This document shows positions 47,004-56,027 of a stretch of DNA of 64,000 bases, piece by piece. Position 1 is the stretch's first letter. Each line of letters starts with the position of its first letter. The notes under the pieces are model-generated. The model was not told the origin of the DNA, ran no database searches, and was given only the letters and a program-made list of their open reading frames with translations. The stretch comes from a virus (Duplodnaviria; Caudoviricetes), in the IMG/VR virus record IMGVR_UViG_3300028888_000107, positions 1-64,000 of that record, one strand, 5' to 3'. The position numbers and the translations under genes are program-made.

Positions 47004-47612
47004 TTAATCGTTGTAATGCTCAATTTTTTGGTACATATCATACATAATGTCAAAGAAAGGTCTTGTTATGTAATATGTTTTCATTTTGTTCCAATTGGTT
47101 TCTTTGTCCAAACCATCATCAAAATGAAAAACACTCATAAACCAATAAAAATCGTTTCCCATTAGAAGAAGGTCGTAAAAGAAAAATTCCAAAAAACCAC
47201 GTTTGTTTGTTGGCAACTCATCGTCATTAAAGGTAACAACAACACCATCTATAACGGTTAGATATTTGTCTTCTGCATCATAACCGCCTTCATTGTTAAG
47301 AAGGTCAAACACACCTATGCCGTTATCGTTTATTAGTTTAACCGCTTCGCTTGAATTGTTTTCACATATTTGGGGGCATTTGTCTTTGTATTCAACAACC
47401 TCGTTGTAAAGACCCAGCAAATCATCTATTTTTACAAATTCTTCAAAAAGCCTTTGGGCATCATCGGCAAGGTATGGATAATTCATTTTAAATTCATACT
47501 TTGCATCAATACCCATTTGAATTCGGTTATCTACAAAATTTCTTAAAAAACGTTTTCCCATTGTTGTGTTGCTTTCCCCAATAAATTGTGAAAAAGATGA
47601 AAGTTTTTTCAT
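47004..47612 (-). CDS. Hypothetical late protein with capsid-targeting-like N-terminus
   Basis: MKKLSSFSQFIGE. Confidence 0.6.
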   Translation of the reverse strand: MKKLSSFSQFIGESNTTMGKRFLRNFVDNRIQMGIDAKYEFKMNYPYLADDAQRLFEEFVKIDDLLGLYNEVVEYKDKCPQICENNSSEAVKLINDNGIGVFDLLNNEGGYDAEDKYLTVIDGVVVTFNDDELPTNKRGFLEFFFYDLLLMGNDFYWFMSVFHFDDGLDKETNWNKMKTYYITRPFFDIMYDMYQKIEHYND

Positions 47613-47630
47613 TTTATAAAGTGTTTTTTA

Positions 47631-47638
47631 TATTTATA
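47631..47638 (-). promoter_or_regulatory. Late promoter TATAAATA heading the 47612-44339 operon
   Basis: 19 nt upstream of ATG 47612. Confidence 0.75.
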
Positions 47639-47654
47639 AAAATTGCAAAATCCA

Positions 47655-47966
47655 CTATTGTTTAAAAATTAGGTTTAATATGCCCAACAACAAATCTTGT
47701 TCCTCCTTTACACGTTTAATCATGTGGCGGTAGTTTCTTTTGTTTTTCGGGGTGTTTTCCACACATACGTGCCTGCTACCCCTGCCCAATGCGTAAAATT
47801 GTGTGTGGTAGTGCTCGCTTAATTTCTCAAGCGAATTATCGCAAGCATCGTTCCACACGTATTCCATAACACCATTGGGAACTTCCCAAAGCAAACGCCT
47901 ATCGGAAAGTTCAAGCATATCCTTTCTTAACTCTTCCGAGTAGTAGGTGTTAAATTGCGTTTTCAT
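47655..47966 (-). CDS. Hypothetical protein
   Basis: 103 aa; GRGSRHVCV. Confidence 0.55.
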   Translation of the reverse strand: MKTQFNTYYSEELRKDMLELSDRRLLWEVPNGVMEYVWNDACDNSLEKLSEHYHTQFYALGRGSRHVCVENTPKNKRNYRHMIKRVKEEQDLLLGILNLIFKQ

Positions 47967-48243
47967 ATTTTTTCAATTTGTTTAAAATGTTTTCCAAGTT
48001 GATGTTGTTGTTGGAGTACAGAGGCATTTCGCCATCGGAAATAGCCAAATGGTATCTTAATTCGTTAAACACCCCGGTTGCCCTGTGGTTGAACCTGATT
48101 TCAAAGCAAATTCTTTTGCCATCACGCAAGTTGATTGCAACAACGTGTCTTGGGTTGGGCTCGCCATTGTGGTAGGTTTCGTAAGAGGTGTATTTAATAC
48201 CTGCTTTTTCCAAATGCTTTTCAATTTCTTTGTGTGCTAACAT
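47950..48243 (-). CDS. Hypothetical protein
   Basis: 97 aa. Confidence 0.55.
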   Translation of the reverse strand: MLAHKEIEKHLEKAGIKYTSYETYHNGEPNPRHVVAINLRDGKRICFEIRFNHRATGVFNELRYHLAISDGEMPLYSNNNINLENILNKLKKYENAI

Positions 48244-48268
48244 AACTTTTATTTTTTAATTGTTATAC

Positions 48269-48661
48269 TTATTGTTCATTGGCGGCAACTGCCAAGCCGT
48301 TTTGGGTTTGGGCTGCATAGTTCACTTTCCACACCTTGCCTTCCTTTACATAAAGGTTTTTGGAAATGGCTTGGCGGGTCAACTGTCCTGCGTACTTACC
48401 AATCTTTTTGAAAAGGATTGCCACCTGCTTGTCGGTAAGCGATTTTCTTCTTTCAAATTGCTTGCAAAAAGATGTAAGCAATTCGGCATCCGTTCCGGCA
48501 AAGCCAACACCGTTAAGGTTATCCACCGTACCGCAAGCCTTTTCATCTTCGGTTTGGTACTCGTAAATCCTTAACAGTGCCTTAATTGCACGGTTTTTTT
48601 CAGTGGTAATGGCGGCTTTAATTGCCATTTCAATTTCCTTTTTGCTTTTGTACTCTTTCAT
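48269..48661 (-). CDS. Conserved jumbo-phage-type hypothetical protein
   Basis: RAIKAL..IY..QT.DE...NGVGF...DA..L...LTDKQ...KY..QL. Confidence 0.6.
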   Translation of the reverse strand: MKEYKSKKEIEMAIKAAITTEKNRAIKALLRIYEYQTEDEKACGTVDNLNGVGFAGTDAELLTSFCKQFERRKSLTDKQVAILFKKIGKYAGQLTRQAISKNLYVKEGKVWKVNYAAQTQNGLAVAANEQ

Positions 48662-48693
48662 AATTTTTGGGTTTTAGGATTAGTTATTACTTT

Positions 48694-48772
48694 TAATTAC
48701 ACTGCAAAAATACAAAAATATTTTATATATGCAACCTTTTAGCAAAAAAAGTTATTAACAAAGTTATCAACA
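48694..48772 (-). promoter_or_regulatory. Early promoter cassette copy 8
   Basis: Same cassette with TTATTAACA and TTATCAACA boxes. Confidence 0.8.
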
Positions 48773-48864
48773 ACGCCCAAATGTTAAAAAGTTAAAAACA
48801 CACTTGTTTGGATATATGTAGTATATAAAACATATTTAGAAATATGCACCATATAATTAATATT

Positions 48865-50814
48865 TTAATCATTACAGTTTAATGTATATGTAACTTGCCC
48901 ACAATCCCAAACGGGAAGATATCCGTTGTTTTTCATTATTTCTTCATTACTGCTGCCTTTTCCAAAAGTTGTTCCAAGCAATCTATCCGCACCGTGTATA
49001 ACAAGCAAATTGTTTGTAATATGTCGTTTCCCGTTCCACCAATGCAAACTTGGGTTTGTTTCTTTTATCTTTTCAAAACCAAGACTTTCGTAAACGTTTC
49101 CAACAAACTTTGACAAATCGCAATAACTTACAATGTTTTTTGGATTTGTGTCTTTTTTAAAAAAATCAAACAATCTTTTTGAACCTCCAACAACAAGAAA
49201 TTTTGATTGTGCGCATAGCCTTAACAATTCCCATTCATAGTTCTTGTTGTATCTTGGCTTTCCGAATGACATAAGTTGAATAAGAACACCGTTATGATAA
49301 AGCCCGTAGGATTTTTCAACCCCTCTGCAAGAACCCTGCAGATGCCATAAATTTAAAAATTCAACGGCTTCGTTTTTTGCAACGGTTTTAATTTCACAAC
49401 TTCTTGCATATATTACCGTTTTTGGCATTAGCAAACCAATTATTTTGGAAATATCGTCCCAATCCCAGACATGAACACATCTGTAGCCGGCTTTTTGAGC
49501 GGCCAATGTTTTGCTTTTGTGATAATCTTGCCTTAACGGTTTACCCCCAAAAACATTAACAAGCGAATTGTGTGTGATGGTTGGGTTTATTTCAACAAGA
49601 ATATTTTCTATTTTAAAATCGTATGAATATCCGTTTATGTGAAACTCTCTTTCATGCTTAATTCCGGCATTTGTCAAAAGTTCGGAAAACCTTTTGTTTG
49701 GCTTGCTATCGTTTTTGTAGCCAAGCCTTGCTTCCTTACGTTGGCAACACCAATCAACACCGTATCTTTCTTGGTTGGTTAGCCTTGTTTTTTCTCTTGT
49801 TTCTTGATTTTGTGAGGTGTAGGCGCATCCATACCTTTTAAAATTGGTTTCCTTTGTTTTTCTTTTAACTTCTTCGTTTTGTGTTGGATATGGTGTTCCG
49901 TATTTTTTAATGTTAGTTTCCCTTGTCTTTGCTTCAGTTTCAATTCCATGCAAAGAACAAGCATTTCCATATTTTTCAAGGTTTGTGTTTTCTATTCTTT
50001 TCTTTCCTTCTTCGGTCTGCTGATAGTAATCCTTTCCATATAACTTGTTGTTGGTTTCCTTTACCTTTTCTTTAACAACAACACTTTGTGATGGATGGTT
50101 TGTGTTGTAATGCGTTTGTGATGTTTTCTTTGCCTTTTCCTTCACAACAACGCTTTGCATACTGTATTCGCAGCCAATGTTTTTCAAGTTTGTTTGCCTT
50201 GCCTTTTCCTTGGTTTTGTTTAAAGAAAAAACATTTTCAACACCATATCGTTTTAGGCAAGTTTCTTTGTTTTTTTCTTGGTTGTTGTAATTAGTGTCTC
50301 CATACCTTTTTAATTTGGTTTCTTTTGTTTTTTCTGAGTTTGAATATGTTGGCGAACCGTATTTCTCTGTTTTTGTTTTTTGTACCTTTTCTTGTGTTTC
50401 CTTTAGTTTTTGCGGGTTATCAACACCGTATTTTTTCAAACAAGTTTGCTTTGCGCCATGTCTGTTATTGTAGTTCTTGTTACCGTATTTTTGTAAACAG
50501 GTTTCTTCTTTTTTTAGTAAAATTTCCTTGCTTTTTTGCGCATGGCTGTTGCAACAATATGTGTTGTAGCCTTTTTTAAACCCGTTAAACGAACAACGCT
50601 TCCCACAATGGCAAACACCTATTTTTAAATCTTTATCGTTTAGTAAATAATGGTAAAGTTTTTGCCTAAACGAAAATTCTTTGGGAAACAACCAAGTTAA
50701 CATAACAGCATATTCATCAGGAAATGTTTCGGAAAACCCCTTTTCTTGTATTTGGTTTAAACCTCCCTTGCTTTTTGGAAGCAATAACAAATTGTATATT
50801 TCTTCTTTTGTCAT
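48865..50814 (-). mobile_element. Free-standing homing-endonuclease-like gene 1 (Zn finger, 23-aa KYG repeats, Vsr-like nuclease, Mom-like GNAT)
   Basis: CHCGK..YCC; about 12 T..KYG repeats; YSYDFKI..ILVEIN...VHVWDWD; IYARSCEI..HLQG..WELLRLC..SYCD..VYESLGF. Confidence 0.7.
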
Positions 50815-50832
50815 AAGGTATTTATTTGTTTG

Positions 50833-50862
50833 CAAAGATACAAAAAAATCAAATACAGCAAA
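50833..50862 (-). promoter_or_regulatory. Bacteroidota-type promoter (TTTG...TATCTTTG) for endonuclease 1
   Basis: TATCTTTG at 50840-50833 with TTTG about 18 nt upstream. Confidence 0.5.
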
Positions 50863-50864
50863 AC

Positions 50865-50895
50865 AAAAAACCCGCTCACTTGTGAGCGGGTTTTT
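50865..50895. terminator. Rho-independent terminator of the major capsid gene
   Basis: aaaaaa-cccgctca-cttg-tgagcggg-ttttt. Confidence 0.9.
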
Positions 50896-50920
50896 ATAGT
50901 GTCCCCATTAAGGGGTTGGG

Positions 50921-52672
50921 TTAAATCAAACTAACACCATCGTTTAATTTAATGCCAAAGGTGTAATATTGCACCTGTGGATGTTGTCCAGCTTCCACAA
51001 CAGCAAACCTACTCTTCATAGAAATTGCGGGAGCAAACGTAAATTCGGAAACAGTTTCCACCTTATCTGCGAGAAGATACGGCATGAATACAATACCGGG
51101 TTCGTTTTCTTTGCCTTTTCTGCCTACGCAAACCCTGCCATCGCTGTAAGCCATGTTAGGATCAACATAGATGCTAATGCCAGCCAAGTTGCCAATAGGA
51201 TACAAACTGTTACCGTTTGCGCTAATGGTGTTGGAAAGAGGATAAGGAACGAAACCAGCGCAATCTTGCAAAGCGGTTCCAATCATACCGGAAACCACTG
51301 CAAATGTGCCTTGTCCCCTACGACCCCTAACAGCAATAATGTTAGAAGCGGCAATAATTTTGGTCATAATCCTTCTTTGGATTGTACCCATAACTTCGCC
51401 ACCCATAGAAACATTGGTAGGAGTAATCTCACCAGTCTCAATAGGATTGCCTTCTTTGTCAAAACCTAACCACAATTTTTCAGGTGTAGTGGTTGTGCCA
51501 TCGCAGAAAATAGCGGAAATGTTGTTTTTACCTTCAACTTCCTCAATCTGCATAGCATTCAAAGCACCCAAGTTGAACATCTTTTCAAGGATGAGCTTGT
51601 TGATGCATTGGGTCAACTCGTTAACCAAAGCAGCCTCTGCCTGTGCAACGGCGTCAATGCCAAATTGTTTAAGGTCTTGAACCTGCTCACGAGTAATGGC
51701 ACTGTTAACTTGGAAAGTCTCAGCCTTAACATCCAAAGTGTAGGATTTCAAGCCAATCTGCCTACCGGCTGTTGCTTCGCCCATTTCCCTTGTGTAAGGG
51801 TTATTGGAAGTAACATTTCCTTTAACAAAACCTTCGCCACTGAAAGAAGTAACGTGGTCTTCAAATGCCCTAACCAATTCAACACCCTCTGATTTTTCAA
51901 CGGTCAAAGCGGTTTCTTCAGAACCTTCGCCTTTTTCAACCAAAGTGTAGGTACCGTCTGCCAAACCTTCGAAAAGTTCGTAAATTGGGGTCTCAGCACC
52001 TTCGCCACCCAGCATGTTGTTACCTTTGAAATAGGTTTTTTCCAAAACCCTAAACATAGGTTTGCCATCAATACGAGCGGGATAAATAAATGTTAATTCA
52101 TAATCATCGTTGCCTTGGAAAGCGTATTTTGCATTAGGTTTGAAAGTGTATTTCTCACCATTAACAGTAACACCGCTAATCATACCCTTAATCATATAAG
52201 GAGATGCTGTGTTCTTGTTTCCAAAAGGATTGGAAGTGGTTTCCCAACCGCCTTGGTTGTGCAACCTGCCACCTTCGTAAACATAGTCAAGGTATTGCAA
52301 CAAACCGTGAGGTCCTTGCATTGGAACAACGGGAACAAGGTCCAAAGCGATTGTCTGAGCTGCAACTTGCAAAGCAAGAGGAAGCACGCTGTAAACATTG
52401 TCACCGCTACCTGCCAAAGAAGGAGTGTAAGAGTTGGTTGTACCGGCTTGCGGGAAGGTGATAGCACCCATGCCACCGATGTTCATATTGGGGTTCAAAT
52501 GGACGTGTCCATCAACCGCCTCATTAACCATTTGTTTGTCATGCAAATCATGCAAGTAAGCATATTTTGCAATCCAGTTTACTTTAGAAGCATCTTGAAT
52601 ACCAAGGGATTCCTTGATGTGCTGACCCCATGAATTCATAATTTGCGCTTCGTTCAATTGAATTGAGTACAT
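50921..52672 (-). CDS. gp23: T4 gp23-like major capsid protein
   Basis: AAQTIALDLVPVVPMQGPHGLL, IDAVAQAEAALVNELTQCINK, RGRRGQG.F.V.S, G.LAG.SIYVDP, G..FMPY and MKSRFAV. Confidence 0.95.
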   Translation of the reverse strand: MYSIQLNEAQIMNSWGQHIKESLGIQDASKVNWIAKYAYLHDLHDKQMVNEAVDGHVHLNPNMNIGGMGAITFPQAGTTNSYTPSLAGSGDNVYSVLPLALQVAAQTIALDLVPVVPMQGPHGLLQYLDYVYEGGRLHNQGGWETTSNPFGNKNTASPYMIKGMISGVTVNGEKYTFKPNAKYAFQGNDDYELTFIYPARIDGKPMFRVLEKTYFKGNNMLGGEGAETPIYELFEGLADGTYTLVEKGEGSEETALTVEKSEGVELVRAFEDHVTSFSGEGFVKGNVTSNNPYTREMGEATAGRQIGLKSYTLDVKAETFQVNSAITREQVQDLKQFGIDAVAQAEAALVNELTQCINKLILEKMFNLGALNAMQIEEVEGKNNISAIFCDGTTTTPEKLWLGFDKEGNPIETGEITPTNVSMGGEVMGTIQRRIMTKIIAASNIIAVRGRRGQGTFAVVSGMIGTALQDCAGFVPYPLSNTISANGNSLYPIGNLAGISIYVDPNMAYSDGRVCVGRKGKENEPGIVFMPYLLADKVETVSEFTFAPAISMKSRFAVVEAGQHPQVQYYTFGIKLNDGVSLI

Positions 52673-52775
52673 TTCGTTTTTTTATATATTCTTTTAAGTT
52701 ATTTTAAATACTTCATTCACACTCAAGTTCTTTTCTTCTATAACCTAAAGGAATTTCGTATTTTGTTTCACAATA

Positions 52776-52783
52776 TATTTATA
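52776..52783 (-). promoter_or_regulatory. Late promoter TATAAATA for the capsid gene (second copy at 52823-52830)
   Basis: Two exact matches in the intergenic region upstream of gp23. Confidence 0.7.
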
Positions 52784-52872
52784 ACACTTAATTTTTGTGT
52801 TATTTTTACTCTGTTTTTATTATATTTATAAATGTAAGAATTTGTAATTGTTTTTCATTATAATTCTTTGCA

Positions 52873-52880
52873 TATAAATA
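52873..52880 (+). promoter_or_regulatory. Late promoter TATAAATA for endonuclease 2
   Basis: Exact match just upstream of ATG 52888. Confidence 0.5.
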
Positions 52881-52887
52881 TGTTAGT

Positions 52888-54903
52888 ATGTTAGCAAATG
52901 TTATTGAAACAACTGATAGAAACACACTTTTTAAGTATTTTCTGCAAAAGCCAAATCCTGACAAAAATGGAAGGCTAAAGCAAGAAAAGTGGTTTTCACA
53001 ATATTTTCCAGAAATCTACAAAGATTACAAAAAAACTGTTTTCGCAAAAGAAGCAGACAAGATGAAGTTTTCTCAAAAACTTTGGCATTTTTTACAATAT
53101 GATGAACAATTGTGTCTTGGCAAATGCAAAGAGTGTGGAAAGCGCACATCCTTTATAAGTTTTGCAAGCGGGTACTTAACATTTTGTTCAACCGAATGTT
53201 CAAACAAAAACAATGAAACAAAAGATGCCATTAAAAGCACCCTTATACAAAAATACAACGGTGTGGGTTTTGCTTCACAACAAATATCAAACAAATTTAA
53301 AAAAACCATGACCGATAAATATGGTTGTGAATATTCGGCACATTCAAACGAAATAAAAGAAAAAACAAAAAAAGTTAATCTTGAAAAATATGGAGGCACC
53401 GGTTTTGCTTCAGACATAACAAAAAGGTTGTTTATAAAAACAATGAATGAAAAATATGGTGTTAACTATTCTTGGGAATCCGAGGAATTGCGAAACAAAA
53501 CATATAAAACAAGCAAAGAGCGTTATGGTAATCCACATTACACAAATAAAGAAAAAGGCATTCAAACCCATTACAACAAAATAATAAAAAACTCAAAAGA
53601 CATCTTAAAAATAGAACAAGATTACTATGTGTGCAAATGCACCGAGCCTACTTGTGAAAAATGTGTGGAAAAGACCTTTAAAATAAGCAAGCAATTATAC
53701 TATATGAGAAGCATAAACGGTGATGTTGCTTGTGTAAAACTAAATAACCCAAAAAGCAAGAACACAAGCAACGATGAAAGAATTGTTTATGACCTTGTTT
53801 GCGAACTTTACAAAGGGGAAGTGCAAAGAAACAACAGAAAGGAACTAAACAAAAAGGAAATAGATATATACTTGCCCGAACTAAAAAAGGGAATTGAATT
53901 TAACGGTGACTATTGGCACAACAACCCCAACACAATGTTTGATGCGGAAAGGATGGATGTTTGGGAAAAGGATGAACAAAAAGAATTTTTAGCCAACCAA
54001 AACGGAATAGAAATTTTGCATATATGGGAAAACGAACTATCGGATATTGAATACGTCAAGTACAAAATAGCAAGGTTTGTTAAATCCACAACACCAAAAA
54101 CATCAGCATACTACAAGTTAAAAACCTTTTTGGATGGGTTGCAATCACAATATGTTGAAAACGTGTTTGGGGAGTTTGAATACAACAATGTTGTTGTTAA
54201 ATATGTCAACGCCTTTTACTACAACAACGCCACCACAAAAGGTTCCTTTTTTGCAAATTCGGAAAAGCGTGTAATTTACGCATACGATTACGAGGTAAAC
54301 GATGATAGAAAGTTTGGCGTCTTAAAATCCCAAATAGAGCATTCGCTTGGACTTACCAAAACAAAAATATACGCAAGGAATTGTGAATTGCGTGAAATAA
54401 CAAACCAACAAGCCAAACCCTTTTTGGAAGAAAATTCCTTGTATGGGTACAGGGGTGCAACAATAACGCTTGGTTTGTTTTACAAAGGCGAACTTGCAAT
54501 GGTTTACAGTTTTGGACATAATTACTATGGAAGAAAGGGTGCTTTGGAAGCCATTCGTGTATGCACCCTAAAAAACGTTGTTGTGGTGGGGGGAAGCAGC
54601 AAATGCCTTTCGTATTTCCTTAAAAAGTACGCACCAAGTTACAAGGGCAACAAACTTGTGTTTTACGTTGATAAAATTCACCAAGATGGAAAATCCTTAA
54701 AAGGTTTTAACTTTGTTCACCATTACGATGGTGTAATGAACTATTGGCTAAAGGAAAACTTTGGTGGAGCTTTGTATGGTGAGGCTGGAACCGCCTTTGG
54801 CAGAAACCCTTCCAAAAACAAGGAAATTGCAAAGTTGGAAAAAGATGGATACATTGTTTCGGTTCCAACTGTCGGTGTGGATGTTTATGAAATGGTTTTA
54901 TAG
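52888..54903 (+). mobile_element. Homing-endonuclease-like gene 2 (Zn finger, KYG repeats, Vsr-like domain, degenerate second domain, Mom-like GNAT)
   Basis: CKECGK..FCS..C; KEIDIYLPE..GIEFNGDYWH..LHIWENE; KIYARNCELREI..EAIRVC..VGGSSK. Confidence 0.7.
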
Positions 54904-54960
54904 ATAAAATTCCAATAAAAATAACAATTTATTGGCTGTTTTGGTTAAACTTTTTGGATT

Positions 54961-54971
54961 TTTTATTATAT
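54961..54971 (+). promoter_or_regulatory. TTTTATTATAT motif upstream of gp55
   Basis: 26 nt upstream of ATG 54997. Confidence 0.4.
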
Positions 54972-54996
54972 ATTATATAGATATACAGCACTTCAA

Positions 54997-55371
54997 ATGG
55001 GAAGGAAAAAAGGAAAACATTATATTGACCCAAAAGAGTTTTACGATGAAATGGTCATATCTTTGGAAAAAGATGAATTAACACCCAAAGCAATCCAATT
55101 TTGCCAAGAAATAATAGATAGAACTGCAATGTGCAACCACTATGATTCCAAAGAAGATTTGGAAGATTGCAAGGCATACGCAATGTTCAACATTTTAAGG
55201 TATTGGCGTAACTTTAACCCCGCCTTGTACGATAACCCATTCTCTTATTTTAGTTCATACAGCTGGACGGGGCTTTCGCAAGGTTGGAATATTTTGCACC
55301 CCAAAAAGGAAAGCGGATACACAAGGATTAGCATAAACGATTTGGATGACGGAGGGGATAAGGATTACTAA
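54997..55371 (+). CDS. gp55: T4 gp55-like late sigma factor
   Basis: KHYIDPKEFY, FNP....NPFSYFS and the Y..EDL.DC..A region are typical of gp55 homologues; matching TATAAATA promoters are present. Confidence 0.8.
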   Translation: MGRKKGKHYIDPKEFYDEMVISLEKDELTPKAIQFCQEIIDRTAMCNHYDSKEDLEDCKAYAMFNILRYWRNFNPALYDNPFSYFSSYSWTGLSQGWNILHPKKESGYTRISINDLDDGGDKDY

Positions 55372-55382
55372 AACCCGCAAAT

Positions 55383-55649
55383 ATGAAAATTGCAATTGAA
55401 GATTGTGTTAAGGTTCTTGGCAGGGGAACTGTAATAGTATGCAACCCACCCGAAGAACTTTTTGAATATGTAGATGACTTTTGTTATGCTTGCAAAATAA
55501 AATCGGGTGAAACAATAACAATAGATTCTTTAAGGTACATAATAAAAGGTGTTGAACAATTATCAACAAGCAAAAGTGTTGGACTTGTTATAAGCGGTAT
55601 TGGCGATTGCAACAAACTTATAGGAAAGAATTTTGAATATTTGAAATAA
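55383..55649 (+). CDS. Small hypothetical protein
   Basis: 88 aa. Confidence 0.55.
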   Translation: MKIAIEDCVKVLGRGTVIVCNPPEELFEYVDDFCYACKIKSGETITIDSLRYIIKGVEQLSTSKSVGLVISGIGDCNKLIGKNFEYLK

Positions 55650-55677
55650 AAAAGGGGCAATTTGTGTTGCCCCTTTT
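55648..55677. terminator. Bidirectional rho-independent terminator
   Basis: aaaaaa-ggggcaa-tttgtg-ttgcccc-tttt. Confidence 0.9.
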
Positions 55678-55697
55678 GTTTTTTGTTTGTGCTTGGA

Positions 55698-55997
55698 TTA
55701 ATCGTAAATTTCCTTTTCAAGTTCAAAAACATCACGTGTACTTACTTCTATTTTAAAAGTAACATTGCCACCGTTGTTAAAAACAAGTTCAACCGTGTTT
55801 TCTTTTTCGTTATATATGTAGTCTTCGTAAAAAACATCTTTTCCATGTGCAACTGATTCATAAAATTCTTCAAAGTTGTCATATTCGTTTTTTAGGTTTA
55901 AAATATCAACCATTTCTTTTGACAATATGGTGATTTTCATATCCATTTCACCACCGTTTACGTCCATCATTTCATTTATCTTTTTAATGTGTGTCAT
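55698..55997 (-). CDS. Small acidic late protein with capsid-targeting-like N-terminus
   Basis: MTHIKKINEMMD; TATAAATA at 56017-56024. Confidence 0.6.
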   Translation of the reverse strand: MTHIKKINEMMDVNGGEMDMKITILSKEMVDILNLKNEYDNFEEFYESVAHGKDVFYEDYIYNEKENTVELVFNNGGNVTFKIEVSTRDVFELEKEIYD

Positions 55998-56016
55998 AAC
56001 TTTTAATTTATTTTTA

Positions 56017-56024
56017 TATTTATA
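56017..56024 (-). promoter_or_regulatory. Late promoter TATAAATA
   Basis: 20 nt upstream of ATG 55997. Confidence 0.7.
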
Positions 56025-56027
56025 ATT

